Assembly (NCBI RefSeq): GCF_009834535.1
Contig: NC_045714.1
Coordinates: 40,982,001-41,046,000 of the forward strand
Length of the DNA: 64,000 nt
Direction: 5' to 3'
From: Camelus ferus
Lineage: Eukaryota
The translations under genes were made by a program, and so were the position numbers. Below, in pieces: positions 35,700 through 48,034 of this stretch (its first letter is position 1; every line of letters starts with the position of its first letter). A model generated the notes under the pieces. The model worked only from the letters and a program-made list of their open reading frames with translations, was not told where the DNA came from and searched no databases.

Positions 35700-35835
35700 T
35701 GATATTGAATATAGTTCCCTGTGCTATACAGTAGGACCTTGTTGTTTATCTATTTTATACTCAGTAGTTTGTATCTTCAAATCCTGAACCCCCAGTTTAT
35801 CCCGCCACTCTCCCCTTTCCCCCCTGGTAACTATT
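35700..35835 (-). mobile_element. Young L1 3'UTR internal fragment
   Basis: gatattgaatatagttccctgtgctatacagtaggaccttgttgtttatctattttata. Confidence 0.85.
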
Positions 35836-35844
35836 AGTATTTTC

Positions 35845-36250
35845 CTATGTCCCATTTTACAAAGGAGGCAGCTGAGGCTCAGAGAAGTTAAGTAACTTAC
35901 TCAGGGTCACACAGCGATTAAGTGGTAGAGGCAGAATTGGAGTCTAATCAGCCTAACTTTAGAGCCTGTGCCTTAGCCACTATGTTATTCTGTCTCCATT
36001 ATCATCAAAAAGACAAAAGAGCATCTCTTATGGAAGCAGAGGAAAATAGTAAATTTATTTTGAATGAACTAATACTGATTGCCTACTGGATGTTGGACAC
36101 TGTTAAACACTTTGGTATGTATCATCTCAGATAATCTTCAGCACAATCCTGGGAAGGAAGCAGGTACTACCATCGCTATTTCATGAATGAGGACATCAAG
36201 GAACAGAGAAGTCAAGTGACTTACTCAAGGGAACACAGCTCAGAGGTGAC
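35845..36250 (-). mobile_element. Two MIR SINE fragments (35845-35990, 36060-36250)
   Basis: cccattttacaaaggaggcagctgaggctcagagaagttaagtaacttactcagggtcacacagc; second core gaggacatcaaggaacagagaagtcaagtgacttactcaagg. Confidence 0.8.
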
Positions 36251-36592
36251 AGATGTTTTTGTTACAGTAAGCTAAGTCTAATAACACAAATCTCCAATCC
36301 TTTACCCCTCTTGTCTTACAATACCTCCATTCTCAAATTGACTTTAACTCCACAGAGCAATTATTCTTGCACTGAATCCTTATTGCCTCCCAGTGTCTTT
36401 TAGCTTCAGTGTCTCCTACTAGACCTCTGAAGACAGGCTTCTGGGAGAGTCAGTGAGGGAAGCAGGAGGATGTATGTTCTTACCTACTCGGTCCTCCATC
36501 TGGCCCTCTCCCGTGGAAGTCCATGGTTAAGAAGCCCACCGGGGCTTGCTGTAGTCCTCCTGGAGAGTAATGCCCTGCTCAGAGGTGACAGA

Positions 36593-36732
36593 NNNNNNNN
36601 NNNNNNNNNNNNNNNNNNNNNNNNNNNNNNNNNNNNNNNNNNNNNNNNNNNNNNNNNNNNNNNNNNNNNNNNNNNNNNNNNNNNNNNNNNNNNNNNNNNN
36701 NNNNNNNNNNNNNNNNNNNNNNNNNNNNNNNN
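36593..36732. other. Assembly gap (140 N)
   Basis: N run. Confidence 1.
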
Positions 36733-37164
36733 GCAGACAGATGAACTATAGCTGTGTCTGCAGGGCAGAGCTCACCCAGCCCAAATGCCTCTGTGGACCC
36801 ATTACCCGGTAATTAGGGCATTTTTAAGTAGGAAGCAAGGAGTTAAATTATTGCTTAGATTATTGCTTCACTTGTCACGGTGGAAAGTGCTGCTTTGGGG
36901 AAAGAAGGAAAGAAGAAAGGATAGAAGGAAAATCGGGAGGGAGAGAGGGAGTCAGGGAGAATGGGGGCTCTGAAAAATGGAGGTTTTGAGATGAGTGCTT
37001 CATTCATCTTTCCAGTTGACGACTATAACAGGAAGGTGCCAAGGATGACCAGTGAGAGATGCAGACAGGTCTGGAGTCGGGGCAACAGTTGTGGTTCCTC
37101 TGAGTTACTGTGCCAGCAACATCTGCTTGGGCCATGGCAGCTCACAGGGAAGATGGAGGTAATT

Positions 37165-37365
37165 ATACCAATGACTAATTGTGTAGGAGCTAGGAGCTTT
37201 GCTAAGCATCACCCATGCATCAGCTCACCCAAGCCTCTCTGCTGTGGGTGAGGTGGCTACTGCTGTGATCCCCACCCATCAGATGAGGACACTGGAGCAC
37301 CTCTATGTAACTGAGTGATGGAGCTGGGTAACCTGCCTGAGGCCAAGGTCCAGGCTCCTAAGTCC
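37165..37365 (-). mobile_element. MIR SINE
   Basis: gatcccacccatcagatgaggacactggagcac. Confidence 0.55.
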
Positions 37366-37539
37366 TTCCCGTTGCAGCTCGGTGAGGTCTTCACGATCCT
37401 GGATGACACCAAACCTGTCTCTTCTACAGCATCAAAGGATGCTCTGGACTGACTCTGCTTGCTCCAGACTTGCTTCTGCCTAGCTCAGTTCCACCCCTTC
37501 CTCTCTGGAGCAAAATTGGCCACTGATGTTATTTTTAAA

Positions 37540-37549
37540 GTGTGTATGT

Positions 37550-37585
<36 letters not shown>
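37540..37585. repeat. (TG)n microsatellite
   Basis: Near-perfect TG array. Confidence 0.97.
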
Positions 37586-37587
<2 letters not shown>

Positions 37588-37589
37588 CT

Positions 37590-39350
37590 TTAACTTTTAT
37601 GATGAAAAATATTAAGTAGAAATCAGGCCGACAGGATTGCATAATAGACCTTCATGCACCCTTCACCCAACTGAAAAAATTAGTGCCCAATCTTGCTTTT
37701 CTGTATTGTCCACACATCTCGTCCTTCCTTCCTGTATTATTTTGAAGCAAATCCCAAATATCATTTCATCTCTAACTGCTTCAGTATGTATCTCTAGAAT
37801 ATACAGATTATTTTTTAAAAACAAGCAAAATATTTTGATCGTACCTAAAATATAAATAATAATTATTTGTTACCCAATCTGTTCAAATTTCTTAATTTTA
37901 TTATATAATTTAAAAGGTAACTTACTTGTTTGAATCAGGATCCCAATGAGGTCCACATATTGCAATTGGCTCATACATATTTTGAGTCTCTTTTGATCTA
38001 CTTTTTACCCTTGAGATTTACTTGTTGAAAAAACTGGGTTGTTTGTCTTAAAGAATTCCCCACAGTCTGCATTTTGCTGTTTGCATTTCAGTGGTGTGGT
38101 TTAACGTGTTCCTTTGCCCCTGGTATTTCCTGTAAATTAGTAGTTAGATTTAGAATTTTGATCAGATTCAGGTTTTGTTTTTTGGCAAGAATACTTTGTA
38201 CTTCATGATCCTGGTTATTAGAAAGTCTGGTTGACTCTCATGATGCTAGTGACCCCTGATGGTTATTTTAATCGACAATCATTTTAATCTCATCATTCTT
38301 TTTCGTTCATTTTCTGAATCACTTTTTAAAGAAAAGCTTCTCATCAACCATTGTCATCCTGAGATGTAGTTTATATGGGAAATATCAGTTAACGCTTGAT
38401 TTCTTTCCCTTTATTTTCTAGTTTTCAAAATAATGAATTGGCTCTCTGCTGTTGGATGTAAGACACCTATGAGCTTATTTTGTTACAACTATCATTTTGT
38501 GCTCATGGATTTTCAAGTATCTGATGGATTTCAATGCATCACAGTTGTTCTCTTACTGAGATCAGATTCTCCTGGGTTTGGTCAACAGGCAACTCTTTAA
38601 GTTGACTTTTGAGGCTCTCTGACATGACCACATGTTTTTTGGTAGCTTCTTGCTGCCTGGCTTGACAATATACTTCAGGCTCATCTTGTGTATTTCCTCT
38701 TCCAAACCTAGACAGCCCTTGTTTCTTTCAGTGGAGAATGACACTTATACACCCACAATTTGGTATTGAGGTGCTCATTATTACTGGGTCCATCACTGTT
38801 TCTAGGGCTTTTTGGTGGATACAGGTAGGGCATACATATTTTGGTTAAAGAGAAAACACATCTTGAATTTACATGGAAACTTCCAACTAAGAGTTGATAT
38901 CATTTTTACTTACCTTTTTTGATCTTATATCTGCATTTCCTGTTTTTCTTGTCGAATGTTTCAGAACCCAAAGGCGACCACACTTGTTTTATATCTACTC
39001 AACTGTCTCAGAGTAACACTCTCACCAATGACATGATTATGGAACACAGCTTACACAGCTTAAGTTTTTTTTTTTTCTTAAATTCACCAGGCTGGGCATA
39101 TCCCAAAAGGGATGAACAACAGATTATTCTCTCTTAAAACCACCTGACATAGTTTTATCTGTGTGATTGTACCTCCAGCTCAGTAGCTAGATGTATTCAT
39201 TTATTTAATTTTTAACTTTTTATAAGGATTGCCTTTCAAAAGTGCAGTTATAAAATTATAATTTAATACATAAATAATACACATGAATCTATACAATTAA
39301 TTATAAAATTACTTTATAATTATGTAAAATGTGTACACGGTTCCAAGTCA
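37590..39350 (-). mobile_element. Old L1 (L1MC-type) long 3'UTR
   Basis: ttttgaagcaaatcccaaatatcatttcatctc...gtttgaatcaggatcccaatgaggtccacatattgcaattgg...ctagacagcccttgtttctttcagtggagaatgacactta. Confidence 0.75.
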
Positions 39351-39364
39351 AATAGACACAACTG

Positions 39365-39577
39365 GATGCTCTACACGGTCTCCCAGAGTTCTCCCGTAGC
39401 ATGAAGCCCCAGTTGCCCACCATGGAAACCTGCTTGAAAACACATTGGCCTTCTCTTCCTCCCCAGCCTCACTTTCTCAGAGCCTTACTAGTTTTCTAGG
39501 ATCACTGCTCACATAAACTACATGTGCTCAAATCTTTGTCTCCTGGTCTGCTTCTTGGGTAACTCAAATCAAAGCAC
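39365..39577 (+). mobile_element. ERVL LTR16-family 3' fragment
   Basis: ccccagttgcccaccatggaaacctgcttg...ataaactacatgtgctcaaatctttgtctcctggtctgcttcttgggtaactcaaatc. Confidence 0.7.
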
Positions 39578-39789
39578 ACGCTTTTCTCCAGCTTGCTTCC
39601 CACATAAAAATAGATCTTGAAGGTTGATCTTTCCGTTATTCTGTAGATCAATATGGCTGCAGTTACAGAGGCTTCTCCAGTGCCAGTTACCTTGACTAGA
39701 GGAACTAAAGTTTGGGCGGTCTCACTGGATAAGACCCAATGGAACCCAGATTGGCATCACAACAGACACGTGTTCCTTGCAAGGTGGAA

Positions 39790-40030
39790 CAGTGGCTAAG
39801 AGGCATGCTTCTCGTGCCAGGTTGGTCTGGGTTTGAATCCTGACTCCGGCGGCTATTACCATGTGAGCTGGAAAGTCATTCCAGGTCTCTGGTCCTTGGT
39901 TTCCTCATTTGTTCAAGGAGCATAATGCTTGCACCTGCCCTATGAGGTATGTTGCTGGGAGGTTCAAGAACTCAGTGTCTGGCACATGTACACCTTCTGT
40001 AGACATTATCATTGTTGTATCATCGTCATC
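39790..40030 (+). mobile_element. MIR SINE
   Basis: ggtctgggtttgaatcctgactccggcggctattaccatgtgagctgg...ggtttcctcatttg. Confidence 0.75.
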
Positions 40031-40192
40031 TCAAAATAAAGAGACTGCCCTAATTCCTTCTTCCTGAGCACAGATAATCCCTTTTCCAGGATCAGAGTCC
40101 TTGGTTCTTTTACAAAGTCTTCACGGCATATGTGCCCTAGACCTTCTCCATCCTGGTCAGCTGTAATGGTGGCTTCAAGAAATAGAAACTTC

Positions 40193-40338
40193 GGGGGAGG
40201 GTTTAGCTCAAGTGGTAGAGCGCATGCTCAGCCTGCAAGAGGTCCTGGTTTCAATCCCCAGTGCCTCCTCCAAACAGAAATCAATGAATAAATCTAATTA
40301 CCTCCCCTTCATAAAAAACAAAACAAACAAACAAAAAG
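40193..40338 (+). mobile_element. Vic-1-like SINE (long form)
   Basis: gggggagggtttagctcaagtggtagagcgcatgctcagcctgcaagaggtcctggtttcaatccccag; perfect 13-bp TSD agaaatagaaact (40178-40190, 40339-40351). Confidence 0.93.
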
Positions 40339-41214
40339 AGAAATAGAAACTGTCCTCCCAGTGGGACACCGCTGCTGGAGAATTTGGCTTGAGCTGCCAC
40401 TGTAAAATTCTCTCATTAAAAATTTGTGTTAAATTCTTCCATTTTGAATTTCCCTGGATGTGCTCTGCTCCACAAGATCTGGCCTTTACCCAGACAGATC
40501 AGGGGACCCTCTGTCTGCCTCAGGCCCTCCACTGGCCCTTTCTCATGGCCCATGTCTGCCCTCCCAGTGACACAGATCTATCCTGGGGAATCCCAACAAG
40601 AGCTTTTACTGTTACCAAATTCTGAAGATTTTCTCAGAATTGACCAATTGTGGTTGTAAAAGTGTTTATACCCTGTAGTCTGAGGAGAAAGTCTGTCATA
40701 AGGAAAAGTGACAGCATGGTCTCTTTCCCAGGAAGCAAACAAACCTGGGAGAGAGTGAAGGCGAAGGATGAAAAAGAAGAGTGTTTACAAATATGAGGAG
40801 ATGGAATGGAGTTTTCTTATTTGTGTCACACCCTGTCCTGCAGTTATTTTGAGCCTGGCATCATTAGTGGGCTCTGCAGCTATCTGTGGGCCGGAGCTCT
40901 CAGAGGGGGGAGAGGGTGCCTCAGATATGAAGTGGGACCCCCCATGGCCTCCACAGGCCCCACCCCCCAAACAACAGCCCCGCGTGTCAGAGTGAAGATC
41001 CACTGAGTGAACGTTGGCTAGGGTTTTGGCTAAAATAGCATCAGCGGAGGCTAAGCAGAAGGCTCCACTGGGAAACGAAGAGTTTTGTGATATGAGATAA
41101 ATGCAGATATTTCTGGTAGTTTTGGAAAGGGGTCTAGTTCTTAAGAGATGATAGTGACTAGGCAGGGCAAGGCCATTAGACACATGGTTTTTAAGATCTA
41201 AAGATTCCTTGGAT

Positions 41215-41580
41215 AATGGGATCCAATACATGGACACTCATGGAACTGTTTGTTACTTAGGGCTCTAGATGAGAGAAGAAGAGAAGGCCGGCAGGCAGAA
41301 ACACACAGGGGGTTGCACCCAGGGGCAGCAAGCTGCAGCTGTAGGAGGAGTTTATGCATGGTGACCGGAATGGATTTTGAAGACTTCCTGGAGGTTGGAT
41401 AAGTTGAATAATTACTTGGGATCCTGTGCTTAGGAGTTGCCTCTAGTTAGTTGTTTGGCACCTGGCCCTGGAGAACGGGACCCCAGTAAGGGACATGGTT
41501 GGTGTAGAGGCTTAGCAAACTACCCATGAAGGGGAACTGAGAGTTTTTAAGCCATGACTTCAAAACTGGGTCAAGGCAGC
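41215..41580 (-). mobile_element. Probable ERVL-type LTR remnant
   Basis: tttatgcatggtgaccggaatggattt...ggcacctggccctggag...tttttaagccatgacttcaaaactgggtcaaggcagca; family not resolved. Confidence 0.4.
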
Positions 41581-41714
41581 ACTATGAAACACTATATTAT
41601 AGCATGTCAATTGGATTCAGGGAGATGCTCAGCCTCTGGAGGAACTTAAGTCAAAGTTGGCCTAAAACCCAATCATAAATCTTGAACCAAATGTTAGAAA
41701 TTAGAACAGGGAAA

Positions 41715-41880
41715 CCAAATATGTAGCATGCATGTCATTACCATCCCTTCCCTTGATCATAGCAGACATCGCTAATCAAACATGATTTTGAGATTTTGAG
41801 CCTGCTCAACTTGGAGTCTTTCTCAACTACCATTCCTGACAAGCAACAAAGTTGGCATGTCATTTGACACCTTCTAACCA
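41715..41880. mobile_element. hAT-Charlie MITE (Charlie4z-like)
   Basis: catagcagacatcgctaatcaaac...gagcctgctc...agttggcatgtcatttgacacc. Confidence 0.45.
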
Positions 41881-42529
41881 TTTTTCATTAGAAGAAAGAA
41901 CTAGTTAAAGAGGATGTAGATGTCTGGGTGTTCCACAATTTGGACCTGGAGAAGGCAGGGTCTAAAACTCTTACAAGCACAGTGCCTAAGCAAATGTGCC
42001 TCTAATGGTAGAAATGTGGACTAGCAGACCAGAGGGGGAGACCTTTTCAGAAGCCAGTGTTCCCACCATGTAGACAGGCCCAGACCCACCCACAAGGCGT
42101 GCTCTGGTGTGGTGTCTGGCACAGGACCTCAAGGTGGGGCAAGGGATATTTGATCTTTTTGGAAAACACAGCTGCCCAACCTCAACTTCTCCTCCAAGCT
42201 ATGCTACATCTGGATCCTTTGCTGAAGTATTTTATTAAACATTTCATCCATATTTCTTTTCACCCCAGACTTCAAATTTTGATTTTCTCTGCTATTTATA
42301 GCAACACCTGTGGTTTGCCAAAGTGTAAAAGGCATGTTTTAGGACGAAGGTGTTTTCATAGAGGCTGGCTAGATATCTGAGATCTACCAACGGGCAGTCG
42401 ACTCAGGTGAAAGGAAGCCAAAGGGAAACCAAACTTTGTTTTCTTGATTTTTTTTTTTTTTTGTTCTTCCTGGAAGAGGGAGATCACTGAACAATGTCAA
42501 TTTATATCTCCTCTCCCTTGGTCATCCCA

Positions 42530-43010
42530 ACACAATCAGTAAATATTTATTAACTTCCCACTATGAGCCAGACTGTGTACTAGGCACTGGGGACACAAGG
42601 CAGGAACCAAACTTGATGTGATCTCCACCATCCCAGAGCTCTCCTGGGGGAGAGAGAGAGAGATGAATTCAATAATCCCAGAACAATATATAAACTGTCA
42701 CCTGCTGTTTCGAGAGAGGGATGCATGGTATGAAGAAAGCTTATGATGGGGGCTTTGATGTAGTGAGGGAAGGCATTCAGAAGTGAGTGACGGTGGAGAC
42801 TAAAGGAGGGGTCTGAAGGAGTTAGCGAAATGAAGAGTTAGGTAGCAGGAAGGGGTCACAGCCTGTGCAAAGTTCTGGCAATGGGAAGAAAGCATGAGCA
42901 TTAGATGAAACTAAGGTCAAGTGGCTGGCGGAGACTGAACAAAGGGAGATTTGATGGGCAGTACCTTGGAAGGGGTGCCCGAGGACCATCCCGTCAGGAC
43001 TTTATAAGGC
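42530..43010 (-). mobile_element. L2 3' region
   Basis: cagtaaatatttattaacttcccactatgagccagactgtgtactaggcactggggacaca...gtagtgagggaaggcattcagaagtgagtgac. Confidence 0.8.
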
Positions 43011-43014
43011 AATC

Positions 43015-43630
43015 AGATGTGAATTTACTGAGAAGCTCTTAAACTTCAGGGCCTCTTAACTCACTCTGGGGTAAATGTCTTTTTTTCCCAAAGCCCTGAT
43101 TCATGAATGTTGCCCATCCAAATAGTATTTAATCTATTGCACAAGAAAACTTTTGAAGGCCCCTAAAATCTCGCAGGTTATTTTGAAACAAACTTGATAG
43201 AAGAGTTCTCAAATTTGTCAACACTCCTAAAAATTTTGATGGAATTTCCAATGATGAATCAGTGAGGCTAAAAACAAACAAATGAACAAACAAAAAACCA
43301 AAAACCCAGTTTTGCTCTACTATGCCAAGGCAAAAATAATTCAGAAAGCCTGAGTTCTCTGTCGTAAGTTTCTCCCCGTAGAAAATGATTTTACATGCTC
43401 AGTGTCATATGAAAAGGAGATCAAAGAATATGCGGCCAACCGAAGGTAGGAATTATTATAGTGTTGCACCTGTGTGCTAATTAATACAAACATTGTGTTA
43501 TTTTCCAGGATTTTGTAATATTAGTTTTATCAGTTACTTAAAAAAATACAGTTTTTGTAATTTATTTTCTTATTCTAAATACGTATTCAAGTTTGTGCCT
43601 AATTCCGAAACCAGAATTTTGTATTCTCAG
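43015..43630. mobile_element. hAT-Tip100 (Zaphod-like) DNA transposon remnant
   Basis: gaagctcttaaacttcagggcc terminal motif; gtagaaaatgattttac...gtcatatgaaaaggagatcaaagaatatgcggcc resembles the hAT transposase C-terminus. Confidence 0.6.
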
Positions 43631-44183
43631 CCGATCTGTTCACTGTAAGTCATTAATCAGTATTATCAACTCTCCACCCAAATGCCAGGGTTATTTTGTA
43701 GGGTGAGTCTTTCCCAGGTCTCTCTACTTCTTAAAATCCTTCTCTGGTGTGTGTGAGTTGAATCACGCCCACCCAGACGTGTCTGTCTGTTCTTAGATCT
43801 CAGAGCTGGCGGGTTCAGTCAATTTGAGGCAGAGGGGTGTGGTGAAGACAGTGGCTGGGACACGGGGTCCCTTTGCCCACCTATCCCTGTTTCAGGTGTG
43901 TTTTGCTTTAAGCCAGTGATTCTGGGTGGTGTCCAGGAAAGAACACTGGACAGCAGATCTCAGTTTGAAGTCTGTCTCTCTCAGTTACTATGTGGTCAAG
44001 CCTTTGAATGTGTCAGATTCTGTGACGGATCCACATGAAGATAGTGATTGACAGACAGACAGCAGCAGACCGCGTCAAAGATGTAAGATTTCCTTAATAG
44101 CAAGTGAAATGGAAATATCTCTATACTGAGGCAAGAAACACAAAGCAGAAAATGGCCTGTAGGGTCCTTTTAGGGACACACAC

Positions 44184-44880
44184 TTTTTATTTTTTTTTGT
44201 AATGGAACATTTTTAAAATTTAATACATACACATATAAGTCTCTTTATTAGGGAAATTATACATATTGGTGAATATGACCAATGGTCACATTTATGGGTA
44301 ATTTCTTTAAAAATCAAAACCATTAATTAGGATAGATTCTATGCCCTACTTATTTCGTTGTGCAGTGTCTTGTGTAGTCATACTTTTTTGTTGGAATGAC
44401 AGTTTGCAGACATTTCAGGAAAATTAGAAGACATATGTGAGCATCTTTCCTCCTGCAACAGTCTCAATGATCGTCTTCATCATCCAGGACGCCTGCTTGG
44501 GGGAGCTGAACACACAGGAGGTGGTGGGAGAGAACGGTGATTTCAGTGGTCACCGTTTTCTTCAAATGAACTTGACTTCACCCATGTGCTCAACTGATAA
44601 ACGCTGCTGTTGCTCTTCATGGCTCATGACCACTGTTGTGGGATCTGGTAGTACTTATCACAAGTGATACAAAGGTCGTAAGTTCTGGTTTGCAAACTCG
44701 CAACACCAGTTTTAACTCTACAAGCTCCTCCTATTGCCCTTGCACCCAGAGTAGCCTTCTGTTTCCAACAATCCATTCTTTCAGGTTCTTCCACATCTGC
44801 AGCTTTTCTTACATCTTCCTCTTCTTTCTCTTCACACAATGCTGAGCAAACTTGGAGTTTTAAACTGTCTTTGCTGCCCA
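44184..44880 (-). pseudogene. ATG3: ATG3 processed pseudogene, 5'-truncated and disabled
   Basis: Minus strand translates to [30 protein letters not shown]...[19 protein letters not shown]...PPPPVCSAPPSR...MMKTIIETVAGG...YDYTRH, matching ATG3 CSALCEEEEDEDEGEAADMEE...[19 protein letters not shown]...PPPPMCSVHPCRH...MKKIIETVAEGG...EYDYTRHFTM. Intronless, with frameshifts and stops, a 3'UTR AATAAA (44244-44249) and an A tail (44184-44198). Confidence 0.95.
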
Positions 44881-44934
44881 GCTATGGAATGAAGGAGCAA
44901 ATGGAAGACGGAGAGTTAGAGGCACTGATCGATT

Positions 44935-45100
44935 TTGACTTTGCGGTGGGACTTTTATTTAATCTTCACAACCTCAAGGAGAAAGAAATTCTTTCCATCT
45001 TATAGACGAGGAAACTCTGGCACTAAGAGGGGAGTTGATCTGAACAAAGTAGGACAACCAGTAGGTGGCTGAACCTGGGTCCTGACTCAAGTTTTCTGAG
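44935..45100 (-). mobile_element. MIR SINE
   Basis: aatcttcacaacctcaaggag...ccatcttatagacgaggaaactctggcac. Confidence 0.7.
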
Positions 45101-45184
45101 TCTATATCGTAAGCTCCTCCTTTAGTGCTATGGTTATTTTCTCTTTTTGGTCTGGATGTCCCTCTGAGGACCCAATGAAGGTAT

Positions 45185-45300
45185 TTTCACACACATGCAT
45201 GCACATGTATACACATGCACATACATCAAACACACATGCACTCACACACATGCATGCATACAATAATAAACACTTACACAGACACACACACTAATACATT
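45185..45300. repeat. CA-rich low-complexity tract
   Basis: Imperfect cacacatgcatgca repeats. Confidence 0.8.
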
Positions 45301-46545
45301 GCATATAATTCCAGGACTCAAGGACCCCTGATACCTGGTGTAAGACTTTCTTTCTGTACACCACGAACAGGGAAGGCACCTTGTTCTTGCAGACTTGTGA
45401 TTTGTGCCTGTTCTTCAACTACATTGAATTATTAACTAATTACTGCTTGTGGAAGTCCTTGGGAAATACCAAGCGCTTGTTCAATGCTGAATATGGTTAT
45501 TAGTGAAGATTTGATTTTAGAGAACAGCCAGGGAGCCCTGAAATAAGCAAATGATGGTTGTGTAGGGAGGCTGGCCGCTGAGGGGCAAGCCGTGGTGCAT
45601 AATCAAATTCTCGAAGGTGCTCCCGCTCATTTCTTGCTACATCTGTTCACACAGGGAATTTGCACATTTTCAGAGAAAAGGATTCATCCTAATGGACTGC
45701 TTTTCTCAGGTCCCCTGTGTTTCATTCTTTCCGTGTTCATTTATCTTTCCTCTGCCCCTTCTCCAACCCAACCCCTTCATTCACAGCAGGTAAGTCTACC
45801 TCTCGGGGAAGTAGGGTCTCCATCTCAATTTTATTACCGTCATCTCTAAATGTTTCTATCACATGCCTGTGGTTCTGAGGAGTAGCTTCTGGGCAGAGAG
45901 GACCAGCAGTTTCCCCTCGCTATCACCAGTCTGCTCCTTGCACTGTGTCCTGCTTTCAGAAGTCACACAGCAGGGAATTTGCTTAATTAAATTCTACTAC
46001 AACTATAAAAGGAGGCTAATTGCAGCTGTTAGAAATGTGTAGCACACGCTGCCTAGTAGAAGGCGGCAGAATGAAAGCTTTAACCTTTTCTGTAATCCTC
46101 CTTTCCTGGTCCTGATCTGAGCTTTCATCAGTTTGGGGAAATGGGCTGACGGTGTGTTCAGTATAGATTTCTGCCTGCCTGTGGATTTGCTGCTCCAGCG
46201 GAGAGCTGAGATCCCCACTGGACCTAAAGAATTCTAGTTCTGGGGCAACATGGGGCAGACGCCTAGGAGGGCTTCCTGACTCTAGACTTGGGAAGAAGGT
46301 GGAGACAGAGGGACGAAGGCAGGGGCAGGTGGACTGTTACATCACCCTCTCATTCTTTTTGGCACTGTATTTATTTTAGGGAAACACAAAACAGCCTCTT
46401 CTATCTGCTCTCCACTCCTTCCTTCTTATATAGAACTGGCTAAAGTTCTCAGAAGAACATAGTCCCAAGAATTTGGACTCTTCGTGGGGGAAATTTGGCA
46501 CTAAATTGACCTTCGATACCTTATCCATTTATCCATCTTCCATTT

Positions 46546-46577
<32 letters not shown>

Positions 46578-46584
46578 ATCAGAG

Positions 46585-46815
46585 TTCATATACACCAAGC
46601 ACTTGCTTTGTGACAGGCTCTCTACTAAGCGTGTTGCGTCTTTTGACACCTGCAGTGCCTTTATGAGGCTGGTCCCAGTACTGCCTCTATTTTACAGACG
46701 AGAAGACTTAGTGTCAGGGAGGTCTAGTGGTTTGTCTTCAATCACATTGCTCAGAAGGATAGAAATGCGATGTGAACCCAGCCAGGCTGGTCTGATACAT
46801 CCCAGCTTTATGGCA
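46585..46815 (-). mobile_element. MIR SINE
   Basis: gcctctattttacagacgagaagacttagtgtcagggagg...gaacccagccaggctggtctga. Confidence 0.75.
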
Positions 46816-47574
46816 ATGCACAGTCCGAGGAAGTAACCCCTTCCCTCCCTCTCCAAAATAGGAAAAATAATTTTTAAAAAATCAATGATAATGTTACTAC
46901 TTAAGAGATCCAGCTACCTGCAACTTTATTTTTCCAATGTATTCTCTCTCTCTCTGTCACACACACGAATGTATGTATAAAACATACAGTAAACATCTAT
47001 ATACACTATACATATAATACATATTATATATACAATATGTTATATATGCATGTGTAGACATATTATAAATTAATGTGAGCATATTCTAGATTTCATTTTT
47101 GTTCTGTTTCTCCCCTCCCTACAAAATAGGTCACGAATATATATTCAAGCCATAATATATTTTCCTATTTGTCATTTTCATGGCTGATTATATTCCACTT
47201 GGTGGAGAAAATTTCCGTTTGGATTTTGATTGGGATTACCTTGAAATGACAGACTGTTTTGGCTATGATCTCTGTCTTCCTCTCCAGAAAGATGGGAAAA
47301 ACTCGAACATCTTTAAATGTAAGCTCCAGCTTGGAGAGAACCTTGTGGACACAGGAGAAACGGCCTCTCCAAAGCGGGCATTGCTTGGCAAGCACTTACC
47401 TGGGGGTGCCACCTCTCCTTTCCTTGTGAAGGCCAGGGCCAGGTGAGGGAACCCTCTGCATCCTCTGAGGTGAGGCTCATGTGCTCAGAGGGATGGAGGC
47501 TGGAGGACCACTGAGACTTAGCAGGAACTTTATGGTTAGTAAGACGGTAAGATATGGTGGGAAGATGTGGGTCC

Positions 47575-48015
47575 CATACAGGGGTGGACGGGCAAGTGTT
47601 TAACAGATGGCTCTTCGAAATACCAAGCCCTGATTTGCAATGTTTACTATTTCTATGGTGTAAATACTTTCACCGCGGCCAGTGTCAAGTTACCAATCCA
47701 CGTCGTTGAACGAGGAATTGGGAAGAGATGGACAACCACACACCATTATAACAGTCACCCCACAGTACAGACACAATAGATGTCGGATGTAAATAACCTT
47801 GAAACACAGACAATAGACAACGGTAACCTGTAATAAAGCAATTACGAAGTAATGATTTTTGAGTATGTATTACCTTTTATGAATATAATTCATTTCATTG
47901 TAAATTGATAACATTTAGCTTTAAATCATGGCCGTCTGTGTTTAAAAAAAAACATGATTAAGGGTTTGCAAAATCCCCAGTCATTTAACAGCCCTCTCCA
48001 ACCAGCATGAGTCAC
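47575..48015. mobile_element. hAT-Blackjack MER63-like element
   Basis: gcaagtgtttaacagatggctct...ctatttctatggtgtaaatactttcaccgcggccagtgtcaagttacc...gtaatgatttttgagtatgtattacc. Confidence 0.65.
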
Positions 48016-48034
48016 CTCTCCTGGGCCGCTGGTC

